From contig CAZJJY010000001.1 of NCBI GenBank assembly GCA_964546445.1, forward strand, positions 1 through 51,912: a DNA stretch of 51,912 bases. Direction: 5' to 3'. The notes beneath the pieces are model-generated. The model was not told where the DNA came from and made no database searches. It was given only the letters and a program-made list of their open reading frames with translations. This document shows positions 8,640 through 18,464 of this stretch, in pieces (position 1 is the first letter of the stretch; every line of letters begins with the position of its first letter). Source of the stretch: an uncultured Gammaproteobacteria bacterium (lineage in GTDB: Bacteria; Patescibacteriota; Microgenomatia; PFEM01; JAPLYW01). Made by a program: the position numbers and the translations under genes.

Positions 8640-9651
8640 AATTGGTATTAATGGATTTGGTCGTATAGGTAGAGTAGCTTTAAGAGCGGCCATTTCTAAG
8701 TATTTAAGCAAAGTTAAAGTTGTGGCTATTAACACTTCCGGTTCTATGGATATTGAAGGCTGGGCTCATCTTTTCGAATTTGATACAGTTTATGGGAAAT
8801 TTAATGGTAAGGTTCAGATAGAAAAAGGCGAAGGAGATGAAATTGGGGTGTTAATAATTAACAATCAAAGAATTCCTGTTTTAGCTCAAAGAGATCCAAG
8901 TTTAGTTCCTTGGCGTAAATATGGGGTTGATTTAGTTATAGAATCAACAGGTGTTTTCAAAGATCGCAAATCAGTTTCATCTCATTTTAAAGGAGGAGCT
9001 AAAAAGATTGTTGTTTCTGCTCCAGCTGAAGGAGTTAAGATTTTTTTGATGGGGGTAAATAATAGAGATTACAAAGGAGAGCTAATTGTTAGTAATGCTT
9101 CTTGTACTACTAATTGTGTGGCTCCGATAACAAAAATAATGAAGGATGAGTTTGGTCTTCAGAAAGCAATGATAAGTACTGTCCACGCCTATACGGCCAA
9201 TCAAAACACGATTGATGGTTCTCATGAAGATCTAAGACGAGCTCGAGCCGCTGGAGCCAATATTATTCCTACAACTACCGGAGCTACAACAGCTACGGTA
9301 GAGACAATACCTTCTCTGAAAGGTCTTTTTACTGGTTTATCATTTAGGGTTCCCGTTATTTGTGGTTCAATTACTGATTTTACTTTTTTGACAACCAAAA
9401 GAACCTCTATTAAGGAAGTCAAAAAGATTTTTGAAGAAGCTTCTTTGGGAAAGTATAGAAAAATCATTGAAGTAACTGAAAAACCATTAGTTTCTTCAGA
9501 TATTATTGGCAATTCTGCCTCAGCTATTGTTGATCTTTCTCTGATAGAAGTTATTGATGGTGATATGGTTAAAGTTGTTGCTTGGTATGATAATGAATGG
9601 GGTTATTCTTGTCGTCTAATTGAGGAGGCTATATGGATAAGCGAACATTAG
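8632..9651 (+). CDS. gap: Type I glyceraldehyde-3-phosphate dehydrogenase
   Basis: IGINGFGRIGR NAD-binding motif, the SNASCTTNC active site and WYDNEWGYS near the C-terminus. 8-nt overlap with pgk. Confidence 0.95.
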   Translation: MIKIGINGFGRIGRVALRAAISKYLSKVKVVAINTSGSMDIEGWAHLFEFDTVYGKFNGKVQIEKGEGDEIGVLIINNQRIPVLAQRDPSLVPWRKYGVDLVIESTGVFKDRKSVSSHFKGGAKKIVVSAPAEGVKIFLMGVNNRDYKGELIVSNASCTTNCVAPITKIMKDEFGLQKAMISTVHAYTANQNTIDGSHEDLRRARAAGANIIPTTTGATTATVETIPSLKGLFTGLSFRVPVICGSITDFTFLTTKRTSIKEVKKIFEEASLGKYRKIIEVTEKPLVSSDIIGNSASAIVDLSLIEVIDGDMVKVVAWYDNEWGYSCRLIEEAIWISEH

Positions 9652-10298
9652 CTAAATATCTAGATTTTGCTAATCATCATCAAGATGCGACTTTAGAGCA
9701 AATAAAAGAGTTATGTTCATTGGTGAGAAAGCATGGATTTCATTCTGCTTTTGTTAATCCTTATTATTTAAAAGAGGCGAAAGAATATTTAGATGGTAAG
9801 GCAACTTTAGGAACAGTTGTTTCTTTTCCTTTAGGCCAAGAGACTAAAGATATTAAGCTTCTTTCTGTTATTGAAGCTGTCAATAAAGGAGCTGATGAAT
9901 TGGATGTTTCGATGAATGTCGGTCTTTTTAAGGCTAGAAAATATGATGAGTGTTTTCAAGAGATGAAGGCTATTGTTGATATGGCCAAGATGAGAAAAAC
10001 AAAAGTTTTGGTTAAGTTTATTATTGAAACAGGTCTATTAACTGATAAAGAAATTCAAAAAGCTTCTTTGTTAGTTTTAAAATCAGGAGCTGATTTTATA
10101 AAAACCTGTTCTGGGATGGGGCCTAGAGGGGCGAGTTTAAAGGATGTTGACTTAATTAAAAGAGCGGTTAAAGATAAGATAATGATAAAGGTAGCTGGTG
10201 GAGTAGATACATTAGAAGAAGCGATGGGATTTATAAAGAAAGGAGTTGATCGTATCGGAACTTCTCAAGCGGTCAAAATTATTAATGAATGTTCGTGA
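9633..10298 (+). CDS. deoC: Deoxyribose-phosphate aldolase
   Basis: 221-aa ORF with ELDVSMNVG, the Schiff-base lysine context FIKTCSGMG and KVAGGV. Confidence 0.8.
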   Translation: MDKRTLAKYLDFANHHQDATLEQIKELCSLVRKHGFHSAFVNPYYLKEAKEYLDGKATLGTVVSFPLGQETKDIKLLSVIEAVNKGADELDVSMNVGLFKARKYDECFQEMKAIVDMAKMRKTKVLVKFIIETGLLTDKEIQKASLLVLKSGADFIKTCSGMGPRGASLKDVDLIKRAVKDKIMIKVAGGVDTLEEAMGFIKKGVDRIGTSQAVKIINECS

Positions 10299-11193
10299 AA
10301 TTTTAGAACAGGCTAAAAATGAAGGTTTTGCCTTGGGAGCTTTTAATGCTGGTAGCTTAGAGATTGCCAAGGCCGTTATTCAGGCTTCAAAGAGTCAAAA
10401 TTTACCTTTAATTATAGAAACTTCAAGTGGAGAAGCGGAACACTTTGGACAAAAAAACTTTTTAGATGTTGTGAAGAATTTTAAAGAAGAAAATAATTTG
10501 TTTTTATTTACCAATCTTGATCATGGTCCGGGGTTGGAGGAATGTCAAAGAGCCATTGAATTAGGTTATGATCTTATTCATTTCGATGGTTCTTCTTTAC
10601 CAATTGAGGAGAATATTAAGATTACTAAAGTCTTGGTAGAACAGGCTCATCAAAAAGGAATTTTGGTAGAGGCAGAGATAGATAAGATTTTTGGTGAATC
10701 TCAAAAAAATGAGGAGACTTCGGAATCAATTCAAGCAATGGCTAATTATACAGATCCAGATAAGGCCTTTGATTTTGTTTCTCAAACAGGATGTGATATT
10801 TTGGCCGTTTTTGTGGGTAATCTTCATGGTGTTTATCAAGATTCTCCAAAATTAGACTTTGATTGTCTAAGAATGTTAGCTCAAAAACTACCTTGTTTTT
10901 TATCTCTTCATGGTGGTTCAGGGATAGAGGAAGAAGATATAAAAAAGGCAATTTCTATTGGGAGAGTAGTTAAAGTTAATGTTAATACAGAACTAAGATT
11001 AGCTTACAAGGAGACTTTGGAAAACGTTTTACGTGGTTCTGATGAGATAGCTATTTATAAAATTATGCCTCCAGTTATTGCAGCCATGCAAAAAATAGTT
11101 GAAGAAAAGATCCAATTATTCAAGGGTTTAAGACAGGAAGATCAAGAACAAAAAGAGCAACCAAATAACCAAGAAGAACAAAATGAAATATGA
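10285..11193 (+). CDS. fba: Class II fructose/ketose-bisphosphate aldolase
   Basis: ALGAFN, NLDHGPG, SLHGGSG and KVNVNTEL are present. The likely start is the ATG at 10285 (MNVREILEQAK); the track start at 10246 lies deep inside deoC. Acidic/Gln-rich C-terminal tail. Confidence 0.8.
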   Translation: MNVREILEQAKNEGFALGAFNAGSLEIAKAVIQASKSQNLPLIIETSSGEAEHFGQKNFLDVVKNFKEENNLFLFTNLDHGPGLEECQRAIELGYDLIHFDGSSLPIEENIKITKVLVEQAHQKGILVEAEIDKIFGESQKNEETSESIQAMANYTDPDKAFDFVSQTGCDILAVFVGNLHGVYQDSPKLDFDCLRMLAQKLPCFLSLHGGSGIEEEDIKKAISIGRVVKVNVNTELRLAYKETLENVLRGSDEIAIYKIMPPVIAAMQKIVEEKIQLFKGLRQEDQEQKEQPNNQEEQNEI

Positions 11194-12127
11194 TGCTATC
11201 AGCTTTGGTTCAGCAGTTTTAGATGTCTTTATAAAATCACCTGAAATAAAGATTATCGACTCAAAAGAGTTTTTTAATAAAAAAGCTTTGCTCTTACCTT
11301 ATGGAGTTAAGTCTGAAGTAGAAGAGTTGACAGTTACTTCTGGAGGAGGAGGGACAAATACGGCGGTAGGTTTATCTCGCTTGGGTTTAAAGACGGCTGT
11401 GGTAGCTCGTTGTGGTTGGGATTTCGGTGGTAAGATTATTCGTCAAGAAATTAAAAAGGAAAAAGTCTCAGATGAATTTTTGGTTCAACTTGAAGGAGAA
11501 AGAACAGATTATTCGACTATCTTGATTGGTCCTGATGGAAATAGAACGATTTTGGTTTATAGAGGAGGGACAAGTTTAGAAAAGTCAGTTATTGATTTTA
11601 AAAATCTAAATAGTTTTTACTTTTGCATTTCTTCTTTAGAAGGTAATTTAGATTTACTAAAAGAATTGGTTTCTTTTGCTTCAAAATGTCATATAAAAGT
11701 CGTCTTAAATCCTGGTCGTAGAGAAATAAAGAAAAGGGAGGAATTGCTTGATATTATCAAAGAAGTTAATTTTCTTATCTTAAATGAAAAAGAGGCTTCC
11801 TTATTAAATCAAGATAAAAAGGAAGAGGGACTATCTTCCTTGCTGTCTAAGACAAAACTTATTATTACTAAAGGTGTTAATGGTGTTTGTTTATATAAAA
11901 AAGGAAAAAGAGAGATAGTAAAGAAAGCTCTAAAGACAAAGATGGTCGATCAAACAGGAGCTGGTGATGGTTTTATATCTGGTTTTGTTGGAGGTCTAGC
12001 AAAAGGTTATCCTTTAGAAAAAGCTTTGGATTTAGGGATTGCTAATGGGGCTTCAGTGGTAACTAAGACGGGAGCAAAAGAAGGTTTGATAAAAGAAAAA
12101 GAACTTGATTTTTGGTTAAAAAAATAA
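11183..12127 (+). CDS. PfkB-family carbohydrate kinase (ribokinase / phosphofructokinase-like)
   Basis: 314-aa ORF with the GG dipeptide region SGGGGTNTA and the C-terminal anion-hole motif DQTGAGDGF. Confidence 0.75.
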   Translation: MKYDAISFGSAVLDVFIKSPEIKIIDSKEFFNKKALLLPYGVKSEVEELTVTSGGGGTNTAVGLSRLGLKTAVVARCGWDFGGKIIRQEIKKEKVSDEFLVQLEGERTDYSTILIGPDGNRTILVYRGGTSLEKSVIDFKNLNSFYFCISSLEGNLDLLKELVSFASKCHIKVVLNPGRREIKKREELLDIIKEVNFLILNEKEASLLNQDKKEEGLSSLLSKTKLIITKGVNGVCLYKKGKREIVKKALKTKMVDQTGAGDGFISGFVGGLAKGYPLEKALDLGIANGASVVTKTGAKEGLIKEKELDFWLKK

Positions 12128-12228
12128 AGATTAGTCACTTCTAGTATTGGTAAAAAAACTGCCTTAAAGCTTATAATTTAATACTATTAGTGTAATTAAT
12201 TTACTCTATAAATTAAGGAAAAATTAAG

Positions 12229-13209
12229 ATGAATATTAGATTAAATAAAGAAAAAGAAATTAAACAAGAAGAACTAATTAAAGAAGACAAGCCAAAAAGA
12301 AAAAGAAAAAAACAACCTCCCAAAGGAAGTCGTTGGACAATAGTTGTCGCTTTCTTTTTAAGCTTAGGAATTATCGCCATTTTTTATTTACAGAAAGAGT
12401 TTCCTTTATTTTGGGAAAAGGTCACTTCTCCTTTGGTTATTAGCAATCTTTCAAAAGAAGAAAAATTTGATGCTAGTTCGGTTTTATCAGAAATTAAAGA
12501 TTTGACCAAAGACCTTCGTGGTAGTTATGGAGTTTATGTTTATAGAATGGATGATAGAAAAGAATATGGTCTTAATCAAGATAAGATTTTTCCAGCGGCT
12601 TCTTTGATGAAATTACCAGTGATGATTACTTTGTATCAGAAGGTAGAAACGGGGAAGGTTGATTTAGAAACAAAATATATTTTAAAAGAAAAAGACAAGA
12701 GAACAGGGGCGGGTATTTTGCAAAATAGAACTGTTGGCTCTTCTTATTCTTATCGAGAATTAGCTGAGTTAATGGGCCATTATTCTGACAACACAGCCTT
12801 TTTTGTTTTAAGAAATATTTTGACTGATCAAGAAATTCAAAAAACAGTTTTTGATTTAGGTATGAAAGAAACGTCATTAAGGGATTTTGAGACAACACCA
12901 AAAGATATGGGGTTTCTTTTCCGAGAGCTTTTTAAAGGGAATATTTTAAATAATAGAAATCGTGATGAGATATTGTCTTTCTTAACTGATACTGTCTTTG
13001 AAGATTGGATACCTCAAGGAGTTCCTGAGGGAACTAAAGTTTCTCATAAAATTGGTCAAGATTTAGGAACTTTTTCAGATGGGGGAATTATTTTCGCTTC
13101 TCGCCCTTTTGTTTTAATAATAATGTCTAGCAATTCAAGACAAAAAGAAGTGAATAATATTTTACCTGAGATTACAAAGAGGGTGTGGGTTTTTGAGAAT
13201 CCTCAATAA
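12229..13209 (+). CDS. Class A beta-lactamase-like serine hydrolase, membrane-anchored
   Basis: Lys-rich N-terminus plus one TM helix. SxxK in AASLMKLP, SDN in YSDNTA, and a KTG-like HKIG. Confidence 0.65.
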   Translation: MNIRLNKEKEIKQEELIKEDKPKRKRKKQPPKGSRWTIVVAFFLSLGIIAIFYLQKEFPLFWEKVTSPLVISNLSKEEKFDASSVLSEIKDLTKDLRGSYGVYVYRMDDRKEYGLNQDKIFPAASLMKLPVMITLYQKVETGKVDLETKYILKEKDKRTGAGILQNRTVGSSYSYRELAELMGHYSDNTAFFVLRNILTDQEIQKTVFDLGMKETSLRDFETTPKDMGFLFRELFKGNILNNRNRDEILSFLTDTVFEDWIPQGVPEGTKVSHKIGQDLGTFSDGGIIFASRPFVLIIMSSNSRQKEVNNILPEITKRVWVFENPQ

Positions 13210-15517
13210 TCTTTTTAATTTCTTCTGCATTGCAATGAGTTTTAGGTTCAGTTCCTGGTAAAAATAATTCCCATTTGGTTGGGCAGCCATTACAGGGTAG
13301 GGTGTTGGTTAAAGAACAAACCTGGATTTTTCGAAGATCTTTTGGTTGGTTAAATTCCTTATCAGGAATATCTTTTAGAAGATAGGTCATCGTTTTATTC
13401 CAAATAGGAGAAGCTCCAGTTACTCCTGAAGCGACATAGCTCATCGGGGTATTATCATTATTACCAACCCAAGTAGCGACTAAATAATCAACAGTATAAC
13501 CGATTGTCCAGTTATCTCTTTGGTTTTGGGTTGTCCCTGTCTTAACGGCCACATGAGAATGATCTTTAATATTCAATAAAGAGGAAGGTCCAAAAGCAGG
13601 TGTTCGGGCTCGGTTATCAGATAAAATATCAGTTAGAAGATAGGCAATATTGGCTGGTAAAACTTTTTGGGGTTTTAAATTATCTTTTTGACTTTCAATT
13701 ATTTCACCTTTGTAGTTTTTAATTTCTAAAATTGGGTTAAGGTTTGCCTTTGAACCTAAATTAGCTAAAGTTCCATAGACGACAGCCAAATCAATCATTC
13801 TTATTTCTCCTCCACCTAGAGTTAAAGATAATCCAAAACGACTAGGATCATCCCAACTGGTAATACCCATTTTTTGCCCCATTTCAATCATTTGTTCTAC
13901 ACCTAAAGCCGAAAGGACCTTAACAGCAGGGATATTATAAGAAGAAGCTAGAGCGGTACGGAGAGTAACGTTGCCGTGGAAGCGATTATCATAGTTCTTA
14001 GGACTGTAAGGTTCGGTTCCTGGTAGAAAGTAGGTAATAGGTGTATCGGGGATAATAGTGGCTGGGGTAAAACCGTTTTGTAAAGCGACAGCATAGTTTA
14101 TTGGTTTAATGGCTGATCCTGGTTGTCTTAAACTTAGAGTAACGTTAACATTGCCGTCATTTTCTTCTGAAAAATAATCTCTAGAACCAACCATGGCTAA
14201 GATCTCTCCATTTTGAGGATTAGTGACTAAAGCTGCTCCATTACCGATTTTCAGACGGTTTAGTTGGTTAATTTCCTGGGTCACTATTTCTTGGGTTTTT
14301 TGATGGATTTCTAAATCTAGAGAAGTCGTAACTTCTAACCCTCCTTCTTCAATCATCCTTTCCCCATATTTCTGAGACAAGAACTCTTTGACATACATGA
14401 CAAAATGGGGAGCTTCAATATTAGTTTTCTGAGGAACAAATTTAATTTCTTTTCTGACTGCCTCTTCTTCTTGTTCTGGAGTAATAAAACCTTCCTGGCG
14501 CATTCTTCCTAAAACTATTTTTTGCCTTTCTTTAGCTAATTTGGGGAAAGCTCCAAAAGGGGAATAAGTAGTTGGAGAAGCAGGTAATCCAGCTAATAAA
14601 GCAGCCTCAGTTAGGGTTAACTCCTCAACGCTTTTATCAAAATATATTTGTGAAGCTTCTTCGATTCCGTAAGTAGCCCCGCCATAACCAACTTCATTTA
14701 GGTACATTTGTAATATTTCATCCTTAGAAAATTTAATTTCAACCATGATAGCTAAAATAAATTCTCTAATTTTTCTTTTTAATGTTCTTTCGGGAGTGAG
14801 CAAGGCATTTTTAACCAATTGTTGAGTAATTGTTGAACCTCCATAAAGCTTTTTTCCTTTAAGATTTGTCAAGACAGCTCTGAAAATGCCTTTGGGGGAA
14901 AAACCATGATGTTGATAGAATTCAGCGTCTTCAATGGCAATGGTAGCTTGAATTAGATGTAAAGGAACCTCTTGAAGATCGATTAGAGTTCTGTTTTGCC
15001 CACGATAGATTTTATATAAAAGATTTCCATTTCGGTCATATATTTTAGTAGAAACAATTTGATTCCTGGTTATTAATTTATTGGGGTTAGGAAGACCTTT
15101 TAAGATAAAAAAATAGGTTAAGAAGCCAAGAACAAGAATAAAAAGAATGGTAAAAATGGTAATAATCTTTTTCGTAGAGAGTTTAAAAAGAGATTTAAAA
15201 GAGAAAAGTAATTTTAAAGATAATTGTTTTATTTTATGAGGCCATCTAGGGAAGAGAACAACCGTTTTTTTCTTTGATTTCTTTCTTCTTTCGATTTTTA
15301 TCTCTATCCCAATTTTAGGGAGCCTTAATTTACGTTTTTTCCCTTTCTTCTTCTGCCCTTCTTTAATTAAAGAAGGAATCTTTTTAAGAAGATTAAAAAG
15401 ATAGCCTAAGAAAATAATGACTATTAAGAATAGCCAATAAAAGGGTTTTCCAATTTTTTCTAAAATTAAGGGCAAGGATTTTAGAGGATTGAAGGTTCCT
15501 GTCCTTTTACCTTCCAT
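13172..15517 (-). CDS. Class A penicillin-binding protein (PBP1A-type transglycosylase/transpeptidase), copy 1
   Basis: 781-aa ORF. GT51 motifs EDAEFYQHHGF, GGSTITQQL and RKIREF; transpeptidase motifs SAIKP (SxxK), SYN and KTGT. N-terminal TM anchor with a Lys-rich tail. Confidence 0.9.
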   Translation of the reverse strand: MEGKRTGTFNPLKSLPLILEKIGKPFYWLFLIVIIFLGYLFNLLKKIPSLIKEGQKKKGKKRKLRLPKIGIEIKIERRKKSKKKTVVLFPRWPHKIKQLSLKLLFSFKSLFKLSTKKIITIFTILFILVLGFLTYFFILKGLPNPNKLITRNQIVSTKIYDRNGNLLYKIYRGQNRTLIDLQEVPLHLIQATIAIEDAEFYQHHGFSPKGIFRAVLTNLKGKKLYGGSTITQQLVKNALLTPERTLKRKIREFILAIMVEIKFSKDEILQMYLNEVGYGGATYGIEEASQIYFDKSVEELTLTEAALLAGLPASPTTYSPFGAFPKLAKERQKIVLGRMRQEGFITPEQEEEAVRKEIKFVPQKTNIEAPHFVMYVKEFLSQKYGERMIEEGGLEVTTSLDLEIHQKTQEIVTQEINQLNRLKIGNGAALVTNPQNGEILAMVGSRDYFSEENDGNVNVTLSLRQPGSAIKPINYAVALQNGFTPATIIPDTPITYFLPGTEPYSPKNYDNRFHGNVTLRTALASSYNIPAVKVLSALGVEQMIEMGQKMGITSWDDPSRFGLSLTLGGGEIRMIDLAVVYGTLANLGSKANLNPILEIKNYKGEIIESQKDNLKPQKVLPANIAYLLTDILSDNRARTPAFGPSSLLNIKDHSHVAVKTGTTQNQRDNWTIGYTVDYLVATWVGNNDNTPMSYVASGVTGASPIWNKTMTYLLKDIPDKEFNQPKDLRKIQVCSLTNTLPCNGCPTKWELFLPGTEPKTHCNAEEIKKIIEDSQKPTPSL
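14783..14842. repeat. 60-nt tract identical to 17312-17371 (PBP paralogue 1)
   Basis: Base-by-base comparison gives tgttctttcgggagtgagcaaggcatttttaaccaattgttgagtaattgttgaacctcc in both genes. It encodes GGSTITQQLVKNALLTPERT. Confidence 0.9.
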
Positions 15518-15526
15518 GCTTCGTTA

Positions 15527-17755
15527 TTATATTCCTTCTTCGGTTTGGTTTGAAGGTGTAGTTATCTCAAAGGTAGGGAGGCTATCAACTCTAATAATTG
15601 TTGGTTCGGTTGGAAAGATACAATCGAGACAAAATGGTGTTTGCAAAGGATCATAGATAACTTGATGTTCTTGTAATTCCTTGTTTTCAGGGGGTGTTTT
15701 ATCGGTCGCTAATTGTCCAGTAGTTTTATCTATTTCAATAAAGGTTTTTGTGTTTTCTATTTCTGTTGGAAGGGTATCTTGAATAAAATATTCGAATCTT
15801 GTCTCACAGGGGCTATCAGGATTAGGTAATTTCCCGGAGATGTTACAAACTGATAGGCCAACAATACCCTGAGGTTTTAAAGGCCAAGATTCTTCCCTAT
15901 CTTTTAGAGCATAAGAAACAATTTTATTCCAAATAGGAGAAGCTCCAGTCACCCCTGAAGCGACGTAACTCATCGGGGTATTATCATTATTGCCAACCCA
16001 AGTGGCGACCAGTATTTCGTTGTTATAACCAATTGTCCAGTTATCACGACGATCATTGGTTGTTCCTGTTTTAACAGAGATTTCGGGATGTCCTTTGACA
16101 TTCAAGTAAGAAGATGGTCCAAAAGCGGCCGTCCTAGCGTTGTTATCCAAAAGCATGTGAGAAACAAGATAAGCGGCTTCCATAGATAAGACTCTTGGTC
16201 CTTCATCTTCTTTTCTTTCATAGAGGGTGTTCCCTTTAGAGTTTTCGACTTTTTGCAGAGCCCAGATATCTTGTCTAATACCTAAGTTAGCAAAGGAAGA
16301 AAAAGCAGTCGCCATATCGATCATTCTAACTTCACCTCCACCTAGAGTTAAGGATAATCCATAATTTTTAGGATCTTTAAAAGTTGAGATACCCATTTCT
16401 CGAGCTTTTTGAACAAATTCTTCAACTCCATTAATGGCCAAGACTTTAACGGCGGGAATATTATAAGAGTTGCCTAGATCAAACCTTATTTGTGTTGGAC
16501 CGTGGAATGTTCCATCATAATTAACGGGGCAGTAAAGCTTTTGTCCAGCAACAGAAAAACAGGTAGGGACATCATTTATAGGGGTGGTGAGAGTAATCAA
16601 TCTTCTGTCTAGGGCGAACCCGTAGTTAAGTGGTTTAATAGACGATCCAGGTTGACGAGACATCAAAGTGACGTTAACATTACCATCAATATCTTCGTCA
16701 AAGTAGTCTTTGGAGCCAATCATGGCCAAAATTTCTCCTGTTTTAGGGTTGGTGGCTAAGGCAGCTCCATTACTAATTTTAAGTCTTTCTAGTTTGGCGA
16801 CCTCGGAAGCAATTGTTTGTTGGGCAAAATCTTGTAAGTCTAAGTCTAGAGTGGTAGTTACTTTTAGACCTCCTTCTTCGACCATTCTCTCTCCATATTT
16901 TTCTACCAATAATCCCTTGATATACAAAACAAAGTGAGGAGCTTTAATACCAATACTAGCTTGGGCGAATTCTAATTCTTCCTCTTGAGCTTTTTTAGCT
17001 TCTTCTTCAGAGATATAACCATCTTCAACCATTCTTTGTAAGACTCTTTCTTGCCTTTCTTTAGCTAAGTGTGGATAAGCCCCGAAGGGGGAAAAACGAG
17101 TTGGAGAAGCAGGTAAACCAGCTAGTAAAGCAGCTTCAGATAAACTTAAATCTTTAACATTTTTGTCAAAGTAAGTTTGCGAAGCTGTTTCAATACCCCA
17201 GGCAGTTCCTCCATAGGGAATTTGATTTAGATACATTCCCAAAATAGTATCCTTACTATAAATAATTTCAGCAAAGTAGGTCAGAATAAATTCTCTTACT
17301 TTTCTTTTAATTGTTCTTTCGGGAGTGAGCAAGGCATTTTTAACCAATTGTTGAGTAATTGTTGAACCTCCTTGGAGAGTTTGTTTAAAGATAATGTTAT
17401 AAGAGGCTCTCAAAATTCCTCCAAAATCAAAACCATGGTGTTGATAGAAGTTTCTGTCTTCTGAGGCGAGGGTTGCCCATTTAACATAATCGGGAACTTC
17501 TTCAAGTTTAATGGGAGTACGGTTTTTATCAGCATATATTTCATAAAGTAATTCTCCGTTGCGATCAAAAATTAAAGTAGAAGCAGGAAACGTTGAAGAA
17601 CCCAAACGAGTAGGGGAAGGAAGATCATAAAAGATGTAAAAAGAAAAGATAATTAACAGAGAAAGAGTGCCAACTAAAATTTTACGTCTTTTTAAGAAAT
17701 TAATAAATTTGTTTTCAGTAATCTTAATACTTTTTTTCTTTTTCATAGGTTGCAA
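15527..17755 (-). CDS. Class A penicillin-binding protein (PBP1A-type), copy 2
   Basis: 742-aa ORF with EDRNFYQHHGF, GGSTITQQL, SSIKP, SYN and KTGT. It sits in tandem with copy 1, separated by 9 nt. Confidence 0.9.
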   Translation of the reverse strand: MQPMKKKKSIKITENKFINFLKRRKILVGTLSLLIIFSFYIFYDLPSPTRLGSSTFPASTLIFDRNGELLYEIYADKNRTPIKLEEVPDYVKWATLASEDRNFYQHHGFDFGGILRASYNIIFKQTLQGGSTITQQLVKNALLTPERTIKRKVREFILTYFAEIIYSKDTILGMYLNQIPYGGTAWGIETASQTYFDKNVKDLSLSEAALLAGLPASPTRFSPFGAYPHLAKERQERVLQRMVEDGYISEEEAKKAQEEELEFAQASIGIKAPHFVLYIKGLLVEKYGERMVEEGGLKVTTTLDLDLQDFAQQTIASEVAKLERLKISNGAALATNPKTGEILAMIGSKDYFDEDIDGNVNVTLMSRQPGSSIKPLNYGFALDRRLITLTTPINDVPTCFSVAGQKLYCPVNYDGTFHGPTQIRFDLGNSYNIPAVKVLAINGVEEFVQKAREMGISTFKDPKNYGLSLTLGGGEVRMIDMATAFSSFANLGIRQDIWALQKVENSKGNTLYERKEDEGPRVLSMEAAYLVSHMLLDNNARTAAFGPSSYLNVKGHPEISVKTGTTNDRRDNWTIGYNNEILVATWVGNNDNTPMSYVASGVTGASPIWNKIVSYALKDREESWPLKPQGIVGLSVCNISGKLPNPDSPCETRFEYFIQDTLPTEIENTKTFIEIDKTTGQLATDKTPPENKELQEHQVIYDPLQTPFCLDCIFPTEPTIIRVDSLPTFEITTPSNQTEEGI
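17312..17371. repeat. 60-nt tract identical to 14783-14842 (PBP paralogue 2)
   Basis: Same 60-mer as in copy 1. A second shared block, 13393-13480 versus 15922-16009, matches at 82 of 88 nt. Confidence 0.9.
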
Positions 17756-17786
17756 TTAGGTTATGATTATTCTATTATACTAGTTA

Positions 17787-18464
17787 ATGAGGTTTTTGGA
17801 TAGAATTTTTAAAAAAGAAAATCTTTCTTTAAAACATATTTTTGCTCTCTTCTCTTTTATTTTTATTATTTGGTCCCTTTATCGTTATTTTCCACAGGTT
17901 TTACCTTTATGGGTAGAAGAACTGATTTTAAAACCTATCATATGGGTTTTGCCTGTTATTTTACTGGTCAAAAAGGTTGAGAAAAAGGGTTTGGTTTCTC
18001 TGGGGTTAATTAAAACAAATATATTTCCTTCTATTTATTGGGGAATTGGTTTAGGTTTAGTTTTTGCTTTTGAAGGGTTGATGACAAATATTTTTAAATA
18101 TAAAGGGCTACATCTCATTGCCTTGGAATACCCGGCTTTCATCTTCCTAGGTTTTTTAGGGGTATCTTTGGTCACTGCCTTTTCCGAGGAATTAGTTTTT
18201 AGAGGCTATATTTTTAATAGGCTTTGGCAGATTTGGGATAAAGAATGGTTAGCCAATATTGTTTCTTCATTTTTGTTTGCCGTGGTTCATCTTCCAATTG
18301 GTATTTTTGTTTTAGGCTATAGTCCAATGGTGATGTTTGCTTATTTGTTTTTTGTTTTTATTTTTGGTTTTGGTTCAGCCTTTGTTTTTGGCAGAACAAA
18401 AAATCTTATTTCTAGTGTTTTGTTACATATCTTTTGGTCTTGGCCAATTATTTTGTTCAGATAA
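17787..18464 (+). CDS. CPBP-family intramembrane glutamic endopeptidase (CAAX protease/Abi-like)
   Basis: Polytopic 225-aa ORF with SEELVFRGYIF (EExxxR), FAVVHL (FxxxH) and a late LLHIFW histidine motif. Confidence 0.8.
   Translation: MRFLDRIFKKENLSLKHIFALFSFIFIIWSLYRYFPQVLPLWVEELILKPIIWVLPVILLVKKVEKKGLVSLGLIKTNIFPSIYWGIGLGLVFAFEGLMTNIFKYKGLHLIALEYPAFIFLGFLGVSLVTAFSEELVFRGYIFNRLWQIWDKEWLANIVSSFLFAVVHLPIGIFVLGYSPMVMFAYLFFVFIFGFGSAFVFGRTKNLISSVLLHIFWSWPIILFR

Noticed and set aside
11134-11193. The acidic/Gln-rich tail of the aldolase (RQEDQEQKEQPNNQEEQNEI) as a separate functional element or a frameshift.
   Set aside because: It is in frame and short, and it overlaps the PfkB start by 11 nt like other junctions here. 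It is most simply a low-complexity C-terminal tail.
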